64,000 nt of DNA from contig JAEUOR010000040.1 in NCBI GenBank assembly GCA_016790635.1, positions 7,464 to 71,463 on the forward strand, in the 5' to 3' direction. Shown here piece after piece: positions 28,125-36,958 of the stretch. The position numbers were made by a program, and so were the translations under genes. Numbering within the stretch: position 1 is the stretch's first letter; each line of letters begins with the position of its first letter. This DNA comes from Burkholderiales bacterium. GTDB taxonomy: Bacteria > Pseudomonadota > Gammaproteobacteria > Burkholderiales > JAEUOS01. A model generated the notes under the pieces. That model was not told where the DNA came from. It made no database searches and worked only from the letters and a program-made list of their open reading frames with translations.

Positions 28125-29357
28125 ATGGCAGGGATTCTCGACGGGATCGTGGTACTGGATCTCACGCGCTTTTTCTCGGGACCGCAGGCGACGGTGCTGC
28201 TCGCGGGCATGGGCGCCGAAGTCATCAAGATCGACGACCCGGCGACCGGCGACCCGACCGCGTTCGCACCGCCGTTCGACGGACCGGGCGGCATCGCGAT
28301 GGAGCGCCGCACGCCGCAGGACATGGGGCTTGCCTACCTGAAGCGGGCGCGCGCCAAGAAGTCGATGACCTTGAACCTCAAGTCGGCGGAGGGGCGGCGC
28401 ATCTTCCTGGCCATGGTCGCGCGCGCCGATGCCGTCGTCGAGAACTTCAGCGCCGGCGTCGCAGACCGGCTCGGCATCGGCTACGACGACCTCAAGGCCG
28501 TCAACCCGCGCATCGTCTGCTGTTCGATCACCGGCTACGGGACGACCGGCCCGGCGCGCGACGCCAAGGCCTACGACCTGATGGTGCAGGCCGCCGTCGG
28601 CTTCATGGCGATGACCGGCCACCCCGACGAGGCGCCGGTCAAGGCCGCCTCGCCCCTGTCCGACGCGATTAGCGGCGTGTTCGCGGCCAAGGGCGTCATC
28701 GCCGCGCTGCTGCATCGCGAGCGCACGGGCCACGGCCAGGCGGTCGAAGTCGCGATGGCTGATTGCCTCTTCGCGCTCGCCTTCGACGAACCGATCGACT
28801 GCTACGAGCGCCTCGACCTGGCCGCGCGGCAGGGCAACCGCATCATGCGGTTTTCGCCCTTCAATGCCTACCCGGCGGCCGACGGCTGGGTGGTGATCGG
28901 CGCGGCCACGCATGCCGAATGGGTCGCGCTGCTTGAGGCCATGGGCCGCGCCGACCTGAAGGACGACGCCGACATGATGCGCGTCGGCTGGCGCATCATG
29001 CACAACGACCAAGTCGACGCTGTCGTCTCGGCATGGACCAGGGGCCTGACCAAAGACCAGATCGCGCGCGCCCTCGATGCGGCTGGCGTGCCGTCGAGCC
29101 CGATCCGCTCGACCGACGAGGTGCTGCGCTGGGAGCAGCTGCGCGCGCGCAGCATGATCGTGCCGCTTCGCAATCCGCTCAGCGGGGCGCATGCCGCCGC
29201 CGCCGGACCCGGCTTTCCTATCAAGTTCGGCGCGACTCCCGCGGGCTACGACGCGCCCGCGCCGATTCCCGGCGCGCACACCGACGAGATGCTCGCGCGC
29301 TTTGCGGGCCTGGACGCGGACGAGCGCGCGCGCCTGCGCGCCGCGGGTGTCATCTAG
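28125..29357 (+). CDS. Type III (CaiB/BaiF family) CoA-transferase
   Basis: N-terminus MAGILDGIVVLDLTRFFSGPQATVLLAGMGAEVIKIDDP is the family hallmark. 410 aa. Confidence 0.9.
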   Translation: MAGILDGIVVLDLTRFFSGPQATVLLAGMGAEVIKIDDPATGDPTAFAPPFDGPGGIAMERRTPQDMGLAYLKRARAKKSMTLNLKSAEGRRIFLAMVARADAVVENFSAGVADRLGIGYDDLKAVNPRIVCCSITGYGTTGPARDAKAYDLMVQAAVGFMAMTGHPDEAPVKAASPLSDAISGVFAAKGVIAALLHRERTGHGQAVEVAMADCLFALAFDEPIDCYERLDLAARQGNRIMRFSPFNAYPAADGWVVIGAATHAEWVALLEAMGRADLKDDADMMRVGWRIMHNDQVDAVVSAWTRGLTKDQIARALDAAGVPSSPIRSTDEVLRWEQLRARSMIVPLRNPLSGAHAAAAGPGFPIKFGATPAGYDAPAPIPGAHTDEMLARFAGLDADERARLRAAGVI

Positions 29358-29383
29358 CATTCGCCCTGACCCGGATATCCATC

Positions 29384-30427
29384 ATGACCACAGAATCCCC
29401 CTACGCCAGCGCCGCGATCGAAGTCGACGACGCCTTCGCCGCGATCGAGCTCTACCAGGACAATGGCTGGACCGACGGCTTGCCGATCGTACCGCCGACC
29501 GCGCCCTTGATCGCGCGCTTTCTCGACGCGGCGCGGCTCGCGCCAAGCGCGGTGATCGGCGTCGAGCCGGTGCGCCGGCGCAGCATCAGCGCCGAGAAGG
29601 TCGCGATCGCCGCGGTGATGGCAGGCTGCACGCCGGCATGCATGCCGGTGGTAGTGGCGATCGTGCGCGCGATGTGCGACCCCTCCTACGCGCTGCACGG
29701 CAGCACCGCCAGCACCGGCGGCAGCGCGCCCTTCATCGTCGTCAACGGGCCGATCCGCACCGCGCTGGGCATGAACGCCACCCACAACGTGCTGGGCAAC
29801 GGCGCGCGCGCCAACGCCACCATCGGCCGCAGCGTTCGTCTCTTGCAGCAGAACGTGCTGGGCGGCGTCCCCGGGCAGCTCGATCGTTCCACCCTGGGCC
29901 ACCCCGGCAAGTTCACCTTTTGCATCGCCGAGGACGAGGAAGACAGCCCCTGGCCGTCGCTGGCGACCGAGCGCGGCATGCCGGCCGGCAGCTCGGCGGT
30001 GACGGTCATGCAGGTCGAGTCGCCGCACCAGATCATGAACGAGTGGACGCACGACCCGCGCGAGATCCTGGACACCTACGCGGCGGCCGTGCGGGCCAAC
30101 ATGCTGACCTACTCGATCTGGGAGGGCAACTACGCCTACGTGATCGCCAAGCAGCACCGCGAGATCTTCGCCGCCGCCGGCTGGAGCAAGCAGATGATCC
30201 GCGAATACACCTTCGAGGTCGCGACGGTCAAGCGCGGCGACTGGCGCTCGGTCGGCAAGGCGGCCGTCGCCGGGCGCAAGGACGAGAACAAGGTCTACCG
30301 CGCGCTGCGTTCGCCCGACGACCTGCTGATCATCGCCGCCGGCGGACCGGCGGGCGGGTTTGGTGCGATCATTCCGCCGTGGTACGGCAAGAAGTCGCTC
30401 GCGGTCACCGCCGCGATCGACGCCTGA
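29384..30427 (+). CDS. Conserved hypothetical protein (347 aa), immediately upstream of the UGSC selenoprotein gene
   Basis: ATG at 29384, in frame within ORF 29033..30427, 26 nt after the CoA-transferase stop. Host-like codon bias. I do not recognise the domain (WTDGLPIVPPT..., AVMAGCTPACMPVV...). Confidence 0.7.
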   Translation: MTTESPYASAAIEVDDAFAAIELYQDNGWTDGLPIVPPTAPLIARFLDAARLAPSAVIGVEPVRRRSISAEKVAIAAVMAGCTPACMPVVVAIVRAMCDPSYALHGSTASTGGSAPFIVVNGPIRTALGMNATHNVLGNGARANATIGRSVRLLQQNVLGGVPGQLDRSTLGHPGKFTFCIAEDEEDSPWPSLATERGMPAGSSAVTVMQVESPHQIMNEWTHDPREILDTYAAAVRANMLTYSIWEGNYAYVIAKQHREIFAAAGWSKQMIREYTFEVATVKRGDWRSVGKAAVAGRKDENKVYRALRSPDDLLIIAAGGPAGGFGAIIPPWYGKKSLAVTAAIDA

Positions 30428-30454
30428 TGCAATCGTCAAGAAAGGAAACCAGCG

Positions 30455-30985
30455 ATGTCGATTACCGTATTTGATCCGCGCCAGTCGCCGCAGGGCAGCG
30501 CACTCGCCATGGCGCCGCCACTCGCGACCCTCGAGGGCGCAGTCGTCGGCATGATCGACAACGCCAAGATCGGCACCGAGCGCCTGTTCGACTTCATCGA
30601 GGAAATCCTGCGCCGCGAGCACGGCGTGCGCGAGTTCATCCGCCGCCGCAAGCCCGACGCCTCGCGGCCGGTGCCGCCGGCGATGCTCGCGCAGATGGCC
30701 GGCGCCGACGCGATACTTGCCGCCACCGGCGACTGAGGGAGTTGCTCGTCGTGCAGTTTGCACGACGCCATCGAAGCCGAGCGGCTCGGGATCCCCGCAG
30801 TCGGGATCATGACCGATCGCTTCACCACCAGCGCGCGCCTGGTCGCCGAACTGAACGGCCTGAAGGGCTACCCGTTCGCGGTCATCCCGCATCCGATCGC
30901 CAACAACGACGACGAGGCGTTGCGGGCCAAGGCGGCGACCGCGGTCGGCGACATCGTCGCCATGCTCACGCGGCGCGCGGCCTGA
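30455..30985 (+). CDS. UGSC-family selenoprotein (GrdB C-terminal-domain-like, UxxCxxC), with TGA 30734-30736 decoded as selenocysteine
   Basis: ORFs 30455..30736 and 30758..30985 share one frame, separated only by TGA. Read-through gives ...ADAILAATGD-U-GSCSSCSLHDAIEAERLGIPAVGIMTD...VIPHPIANN. A SECIS-like hairpin starts 11 nt after the TGA. RBS AAAGGAAA lies before ATG 30455. Confidence 0.8.
30734..30766 (+). promoter_or_regulatory. Sec codon plus bacterial SECIS-like element
   Basis: TGA (30734-30736), an 11-nt spacer GGGAGTTGCTC, then a perfect inverted repeat GTCGTGCA-GTT-TGCACGAC (30748-30766) with G and U in the apical loop. The spacing matches the E. coli fdhF SECIS geometry as I recall it. 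Confidence 0.7.
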
Positions 30986-31091
30986 CCGCCGCCGCATCTC
31001 AACAACCCCAAACCTGACCGGCGCCGGCAAGAACTAGGGCGCACGGGCCTATCCACCGGGCAGACAACACATTTTCCGCGGAGACAACACC

Positions 31092-32102
31092 ATGCAGATT
31101 TCGATGACCTGGCGCCCGCTGCGGCGCGCATTTACAGCCGCCTGCACGCTCGCGGCCTGCCTTGGACTCGCTGCGCCGCAGGCCCTGGCGCAACCCTGGC
31201 CTGCGCGCACGGTCACCATCATCGTGCCGCTGGCCGCCGGCACCGGCATGGACACCTTGGTACGCATGTACGCGGAGCGCCTGTCGGCCTCGATCGGCCG
31301 TCCGGTGATCATCGACAACCGCCCGGGCGCCGCGCTGATGCTGGGCGTCACCGCCCTGGCCAAGGCGCCGCCCGACGGCTACACCCTGAGCATCGCGACC
31401 GCGCCGGCGATGGCGATCAACCCGACGCTCTACAAGCAGATGCCCTTCGATGTCGAGCGCGATTTCGTGCCGATCTCGCTGTACGTGAAATCGCCCTTCA
31501 TCCTGGTGGTGAGCCCGAACCTGGGACCGCGCAACGTGCAGGAGCTGATCCGCCACACGCGCGACAACGCCGGCAAGATGAGCTACAGCACACCCGGCAC
31601 CGGCGCGGCCCAGCACCTGGCGGTCGAGTTCATGAAGCAGAAGTTCAAGCTCGACATCACCCACGTGCCCTACAAAAGCAGCCCGCTGTCGGTCGCCGAC
31701 ATCATGGCCGGCCACGTGTCGATGGCCTTCGCCGAGGCCGGCATTTCCCTGCCGCTGATCCGCGACGGCAAGCTGCGCGCCCTGGCCGTGTCTTCGCTGG
31801 CGCGCCTGCCGGGCCTGCCGGACGTGCCGACCTTTGCCGAGGCGTCCGCCACGCCCGACTTCGAGGCGGTGTCCTGGCACGTGCTGCTCGCGCCGGCCGG
31901 CACGCCGCCGGAAATCGTCGGCCGCCTGCAGCAGGAACTGCGCCGCATCCTGGCGACGGCGGAAGTGCAGCAGCGCATCGCCAGCCTGGGGCTGATCCCG
32001 CACGACGCGCCGTCGACCGACGCAATCAACCAGTACATGCGCGCCGAGCGCGAGAAATGGAGCGCGGTGGTCAAGTCACTCGGACTGGCCGGCTCACAGT
32101 GA
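31092..32102 (+). CDS. Bug family (TctC-like) substrate-binding protein
   Basis: Signal peptide followed by WPARTVTIIVPLAAGTGMD. 336 aa. Confidence 0.9.
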   Translation: MQISMTWRPLRRAFTAACTLAACLGLAAPQALAQPWPARTVTIIVPLAAGTGMDTLVRMYAERLSASIGRPVIIDNRPGAALMLGVTALAKAPPDGYTLSIATAPAMAINPTLYKQMPFDVERDFVPISLYVKSPFILVVSPNLGPRNVQELIRHTRDNAGKMSYSTPGTGAAQHLAVEFMKQKFKLDITHVPYKSSPLSVADIMAGHVSMAFAEAGISLPLIRDGKLRALAVSSLARLPGLPDVPTFAEASATPDFEAVSWHVLLAPAGTPPEIVGRLQQELRRILATAEVQQRIASLGLIPHDAPSTDAINQYMRAEREKWSAVVKSLGLAGSQ

Positions 32103-32197
32103 AGCCGGTACGTGCGTACCGGCGGAATCGGCCCGCAGGTCGCCTCCGCGCAGTCCCGATTTTCCCGTTGCCCCTCCATCCGATATGCAGGTGAACC

Positions 32198-32662
32198 ATG
32201 ACCGTAGTCCGTGAAAAGACCACCATCAAGATGCGCATGGAAGGCACGGCGCAATCGCATTCGCGCACCGACGTCGCCATGCGCGGCCTGACCAAGATCA
32301 TCGACGAGCCGGTCGAACGCGGCGGCACCAACCTGGGCATGAGCCCGACGGAGACCTTCGCCGCATCCCTGATCGGCTGCACCAACGTCATCAGCCACAA
32401 GATCGCGCACAAGCACGGCATCGAATTCCAGGCCATGCGCATCCGCCTGGAGGCCGACTTCGACCGTCGTGGCGTCACGCTGCAGGAAGATGTCGCGGTG
32501 CCCTTCCCGGCCATGGTCCTGCACATCGACGTCACGACCCGCGCAACGCCGGAAGAGATCGCCACGGTGCAACGCGAACTGGCGATGTACTGCCCGATCG
32601 CCAAGCTGATCCGCGCCTCGGGCACGACGCTCACCGAACACTGGACCATCATCGCACCCTGA
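32198..32662 (+). CDS. OsmC/Ohr family protein (peroxiredoxin-like)
   Basis: 154 aa with the two family cysteines in LIGCTNV and MYCPIAK. Confidence 0.8.
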   Translation: MTVVREKTTIKMRMEGTAQSHSRTDVAMRGLTKIIDEPVERGGTNLGMSPTETFAASLIGCTNVISHKIAHKHGIEFQAMRIRLEADFDRRGVTLQEDVAVPFPAMVLHIDVTTRATPEEIATVQRELAMYCPIAKLIRASGTTLTEHWTIIAP

Positions 32663-32765
32663 TTCGACGCCCGGGTTGCGCCCAGGCATCCCGCCTCCTG
32701 CCCGACCCGGGTAGACTGCTCGGCTGACTCGCGGCAGAGAGTTTTCCCCTGAAAGGATTGAGCAC

Positions 32766-33476
32766 GTGAAAGACGATCTTCGCAACGCAAAGTACGCCAT
32801 CGACCTGGGTCCCCAGCCTTCGCTGCCGATCGCCGGTTCCGATCTGCGCTTCCCGGTCGGGCGCATCTACTGCGTCGGCCGCAACTACGCCGACCACGCG
32901 CGCGAGATGGGGCATGACCCCGACCGTGAGCCGCCGTTTTTCTTCATGAAGCCGGCCAATGCGATCGTGCAGAACGGCGCCACGCTCGCCTACCCCGTCG
33001 GTACCAAGGACTGCCACCACGAGATCGAGCTTGTCGTGGCCATCGGCAAGGGCGGCAAGAACATTCCGGTCGAGCGCGCGCTGGACCATGTGTGGGGCTA
33101 CGGCGTCGGACTGGACATGACGCGCCGCGACCTGCAGGGCGAGGCCAAGAAGATGGGCCGCCCCTGGGAGATGGGCAAGAGCTTCGACGAGTCCGCGCCG
33201 ATCACCGCCCTCAAGGCCGCCGCCGAGATCGGCCACCCGGCCAAGGGCACGATCCGGTTGAGAATCAACGGCGAGGTGCGCCAGGAGGGCGATCTGGCGA
33301 TGCAGATATGGAACGTCCAGGAACAGATCGCCTACCTGTCCAACCTGATCACCCTCATGCCCGGCGACCTGATCATGACCGGCACGCCTGCCGGCGTCGG
33401 TCCCATCAAGCGCGGCGACAAGCTTGAAGGCCATGTCGACGGCGTCGGTGACCTGACGGTCAGTTACGCGGCTTAA
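32766..33476 (+). CDS. Fumarylacetoacetate hydrolase (FAH) family protein
   Basis: GTG start at 32766. RIYCVGRNYADHAREMG and HEIELVVAIGKGG motifs. Confidence 0.85.
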   Translation: MKDDLRNAKYAIDLGPQPSLPIAGSDLRFPVGRIYCVGRNYADHAREMGHDPDREPPFFFMKPANAIVQNGATLAYPVGTKDCHHEIELVVAIGKGGKNIPVERALDHVWGYGVGLDMTRRDLQGEAKKMGRPWEMGKSFDESAPITALKAAAEIGHPAKGTIRLRINGEVRQEGDLAMQIWNVQEQIAYLSNLITLMPGDLIMTGTPAGVGPIKRGDKLEGHVDGVGDLTVSYAA

Positions 33477-33523
33477 GTGCAATCGGCTGGGGCAACCCGC
33501 ATGCGAGGCGCCACGGCGGACTG

Positions 33524-34747
33524 ATGGACGCGCTTGCCGGCATTCGCGTCATCGATCTCTCGCACGTGATCGCGGGGCCGACCGCCTCGCACTACCTGGC
33601 CCTGCAAGGCGCCGAGGTGATCAAGGTCGAGAACCCCTGGACCGGCGACATCCTGCGCCACGGCGTGCGCGATCGTCTCGATACGGCGATCACCGTCGGC
33701 TTCGCCGCGATCAATGGCGGCAAGAAGTCGCTTGCCATCGACCTGAAGGATGCGCGCTGCCGCGACGCGCTCATGGCGCTGGTCAGGACGGCCGACGTAT
33801 TCATAGAGAACTTCCGTCCCGGCGCGGTGGCGCGCCTGGGCTTCGACCACGCCGCGGTCGCGGCGGTCAAGCCGGACATCATCTACGCCTCGATCTCCGG
33901 TTTCGGCCAGGAGGGCGCCTGGGGCAGGCGCGCCGCCTACGACCACGTGGTGCAGTCGGCGGTCGGCATGGCGATGATGCAGGGCATCGAGGGCGGCGAC
34001 CCGATGAAGGTGGGCTTTCCGGTCATCGACACCGCCACCGGCATGATCGGCGCGCAGGCGATCCTGTCGGCGCTGATCCGCCGCCTGCGCAAAGGCGAAG
34101 GCTCTTATCTCGACATCTCGATGGCGCAGGCCGCGCTGCAGCTGATGTGGCCGGAAGCCGCGCGCGCGGCGGTGAGCGGCGGCGATGCGCCGCGCGTGGG
34201 CAATCGCGGCTTCTCGGGCAGCCCGGGAGGCTCGACCTTCCGCTGCGCCGACGGCTGGGTCTCCACCGCGGCCAATACCGCGCGCCAGTTTCGCGTCCTG
34301 TGCACCGTCGTCGGCGTGCCCGAGGTATTGCAGGACCTGACGCTGCTCGACCTCGATGCGCTGGCGCGCGGCGCCGGCTTCGTGGTCCCGGTCGACCGCG
34401 AGCGCCTGCAGGCCATCCTCGAGCAAGCGATCCTGCGCATCCCGGGCGCCGAGCTCGAAGCCAGGCTGGCGGCAGAAGACGTACCCTGCGCGCGGCTTGC
34501 GACGCTGGCCGAATTCATCAAGCGCGCAGCAAGCGAAAAGCTCTTGACCCTGCCGCTGCGACGCACGGCCTACGCAGAGGGCGCGCTCATCGACTTCGGC
34601 GCCGGCTACCGGGCCGACCGCAGCGACGGTGCCCCGCTTGCCCCTGCGCCACGCCTGGGCCAGCACACCGCCGCGCTGCTCGCCGAAGCCGGGATGTCGG
34701 CCGCGCAGGTCGAGGCACTCGCCAGCGCGGGCAAGGCCAGGCTCTGA
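33524..34747 (+). CDS. Type III (CaiB/BaiF family) CoA-transferase
   Basis: MDALAGIRVIDLSHVIAGPTASHYLALQGAEVIKVENP. 407 aa. Second paralogue in the cluster. Confidence 0.9.
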   Translation: MDALAGIRVIDLSHVIAGPTASHYLALQGAEVIKVENPWTGDILRHGVRDRLDTAITVGFAAINGGKKSLAIDLKDARCRDALMALVRTADVFIENFRPGAVARLGFDHAAVAAVKPDIIYASISGFGQEGAWGRRAAYDHVVQSAVGMAMMQGIEGGDPMKVGFPVIDTATGMIGAQAILSALIRRLRKGEGSYLDISMAQAALQLMWPEAARAAVSGGDAPRVGNRGFSGSPGGSTFRCADGWVSTAANTARQFRVLCTVVGVPEVLQDLTLLDLDALARGAGFVVPVDRERLQAILEQAILRIPGAELEARLAAEDVPCARLATLAEFIKRAASEKLLTLPLRRTAYAEGALIDFGAGYRADRSDGAPLAPAPRLGQHTAALLAEAGMSAAQVEALASAGKARL

Positions 34748-34772
34748 CAGGACGGGCGGCTCCCGCCCGCGC

Positions 34773-35747
34773 TCATTCGGCCTTGATGTTGGCGTCCTTG
34801 ATGACCTTGGCCCACTTGGCCAGGTCCGCCTTGATTTTTTCCAGCGTGCGCGCCGGGTTGGCGAAGTCGGGATCGCAGCCGGCCGCCTTGTAGTTTTCCT
34901 GCAGGCCGCGATCCTCGCCCGCTTTGAGCAGCGCCTGCGACAGGCGGTTGACCACCTCCGCAGGCATGCCCGCCGGTCCGATCAGGCCGAACCAGGCCGA
35001 CGACTCGAAGCCCTTCAGGCCCAACTCGTCGAGCGTCGGAACGTCGGGAAACGCCGCCGAGCGCTTGGCCGAGGTGACCGCGAGAGCGCGAATGCGCCCG
35101 GTCTTCACCGGTCCGACCGCCGGGCCGAGCGAAGAGAAGAGAAGCGGCACCTGCCCGCCGATCAGGTCGGTCATCGCGGGCGCCCCGCCCTTGTACGGAA
35201 CGTGCAGCAGATCGGCGCCGGTGAAGCTCTTGAAGTACTCGCCTGACATGTGGTGCGGACCGGCGATGCCCGAGGTGCCATAACTCCACTTGCCGGGTTC
35301 GCGCTTGGTCAGTGCGATCAGTTCGGCGACGGTTGTCGCCGGCACGGAAGGGTGCGCCACCAACAGGCTGGGCAGGACGCACACCGAGCCCAGGTGCGTG
35401 AACGAGGTGATGCCGTTGTAGGCCACCTTGGTCAGGTGCGGCGCGACGGTCAGCGGCCCGCTGTCGGCCAGATAAAGCGTGTAGCCGTCAGGCGCGGTCT
35501 TGGAGATCACGTCCGCCGCCACCGCGCCGGCTGCGCCAGGGCGCGGCTCGATGACGATCGGCTGGCCGAGCAGCGGCTCGAGCACCTTGGCCAGCGGACG
35601 CATCGCGCCGTCCGCGGCGCCGCCCGGCGTATAGCCGAGCAGAACGCGCACCGGCTTGTTGGGGTAGCTCTGCGCAGCCGCAGGCGGCGCGGCCGCCAGC
35701 ACCGCCGCCAGGACCGCCAAACCGTAAACGCCGTTTCGAATTGCCAT
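34773..35747 (-). CDS. Bug family (TctC-like) substrate-binding protein
   Basis: ATG at 35747 preceded by GGAGGAGA. MAIRNGVYGLAVLAAVLAAAPPAAAQSYPNKPVRVLLGYTPGGAADG. Only the C-terminal 324 codons of the 760-aa track ORF are real. Confidence 0.9.
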   Translation of the reverse strand: MAIRNGVYGLAVLAAVLAAAPPAAAQSYPNKPVRVLLGYTPGGAADGAMRPLAKVLEPLLGQPIVIEPRPGAAGAVAADVISKTAPDGYTLYLADSGPLTVAPHLTKVAYNGITSFTHLGSVCVLPSLLVAHPSVPATTVAELIALTKREPGKWSYGTSGIAGPHHMSGEYFKSFTGADLLHVPYKGGAPAMTDLIGGQVPLLFSSLGPAVGPVKTGRIRALAVTSAKRSAAFPDVPTLDELGLKGFESSAWFGLIGPAGMPAEVVNRLSQALLKAGEDRGLQENYKAAGCDPDFANPARTLEKIKADLAKWAKVIKDANIKAE

Positions 35748-35788
35748 ATCTCCTCCGCTGAGTTGTCGTCTTGTCATGCTGCCCGGCA

Positions 35789-36958
35789 TCAGGACGGCAG
35801 GTCGAGCACCTGCCGCGCCAGGATGTTGCGCTGGATCTCGTTGCTGCCGCCGTAGATGGTCGGCACGCGCGCCTTGTAGAACAGCGACAGCGCGTCGATC
35901 GCGGCCGTGCCCATCGGCACCGCGCCGGTCAGCCCGCCGCAATCGCCGGCGGTCTCGATGCCCAGGTCGGCGATGCGCTGGAAGGTCTCGGTGGCCCAGA
36001 TCTTGAGGATCGAGACATCCGGCCCGAGCGGCTCGCCGCGCACCAGCGTGGCGGCGAAGCGCTCGTACAGGTCGCCCAGGTGGGCGACGTCGAGCTGCAA
36101 GGCAGTGAACTTGTCGACAAAGAGCGGATCGTCGGCCACGCCGCGCGCCTGCGCCAGGCTCTTCAGCATCGCCAGGCCGTATTCGGGCAGCTTGGGACTG
36201 CCGATGAAGATGCGCTCGAAGCCCAGGAGCGACTTGGCGATGGTCCAGCCGCCGTTCTCCTCGCCCACCAGGTTTGCCACCGGCGTGCACACGCCGTCGA
36301 AGAACACCTCGCAGAATTCCTCGTGGCCGGCCATGTCGCGGATCGGGCGCACGGTGATGCCGGGCGAGGTGATGTCGACCAGGAGAAAGCTGATGCCCTC
36401 CTGCTTCTTGGCCTCGGTGTTGGTGCGCACCAGCACGAACATGTGCGTGGCGTCCTGCGCCAGGGTGGTCCAGATCTTGTGGCCGTCGATCACATAGTGA
36501 TCGCCGTCGCGCCGCGCGCGGGTCGACAGGCCCGCCAGGTCGGACCCGGCGCCCGGTTCGGAATAGCCCTGCGACCAGATGTTCTCGCAGGTGAGTATCT
36601 TGGGCAGGAAGCGACGCCGCTGTTCCTCGGTGCCGAAGCGCTGCAGCACCGGCCCGACCATCAGCACGCCGTGGTCCTGGAAACGCGCGATGCCCCAGCG
36701 TTCCTGCTCCTCGATGAAGATCAGGAGCTTGGCCGGCGACAGACCCATGCCACCGTACTCGGCCGGCCAGTTGGGAGCGATCCAGCCCTTCTCTGCCATG
36801 CGCAGGTACCAGTTGCCGATCTCGCTCCAGCGCAGGCGCCGCGGTGCAAAGCGCAGATGCGCCGGATAGTTGGCCTCGAAATCGGCGCGCACCACGGCGC
36901 GAAAATCGGCATCCGACAGTGCGTTCCAGTCCTGATCCTGCTTGACACCGTAGGTCAT
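35789..36958 (-). CDS. Acyl-CoA dehydrogenase family protein
   Basis: 389 aa with the ACAD fold pattern. C-terminal IYGGSNEIQRNILARQVL. The ATG overlaps the stop of the upstream ACAD gene (ATGA). Confidence 0.9.
   Translation of the reverse strand: MTYGVKQDQDWNALSDADFRAVVRADFEANYPAHLRFAPRRLRWSEIGNWYLRMAEKGWIAPNWPAEYGGMGLSPAKLLIFIEEQERWGIARFQDHGVLMVGPVLQRFGTEEQRRRFLPKILTCENIWSQGYSEPGAGSDLAGLSTRARRDGDHYVIDGHKIWTTLAQDATHMFVLVRTNTEAKKQEGISFLLVDITSPGITVRPIRDMAGHEEFCEVFFDGVCTPVANLVGEENGGWTIAKSLLGFERIFIGSPKLPEYGLAMLKSLAQARGVADDPLFVDKFTALQLDVAHLGDLYERFAATLVRGEPLGPDVSILKIWATETFQRIADLGIETAGDCGGLTGAVPMGTAAIDALSLFYKARVPTIYGGSNEIQRNILARQVLDLPS

Noticed and set aside
30734-30736. TGA read as a nonsense mutation, making 30455..30985 a pseudogene or two separate small genes
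   Set aside because: The codon sits exactly in a U-G-S-C-S-S-C redox motif. Protein-like sequence continues downstream in the same frame (GIPAVGIMTD, IPHPIANN). A perfect hairpin begins 11 nt after the TGA. The second ORF in the track begins at a TTG within that frame and has no RBS of its own.
28041-31030. Minus-strand ORFs 28041..29360 (439 aa) and 29354..31030 (558 aa)
   Set aside because: They are antisense to the CoA-transferase, the 347-aa protein and the UGSC gene. They have low-complexity Arg/Ala/Gly/Asp composition and no recognisable domain.
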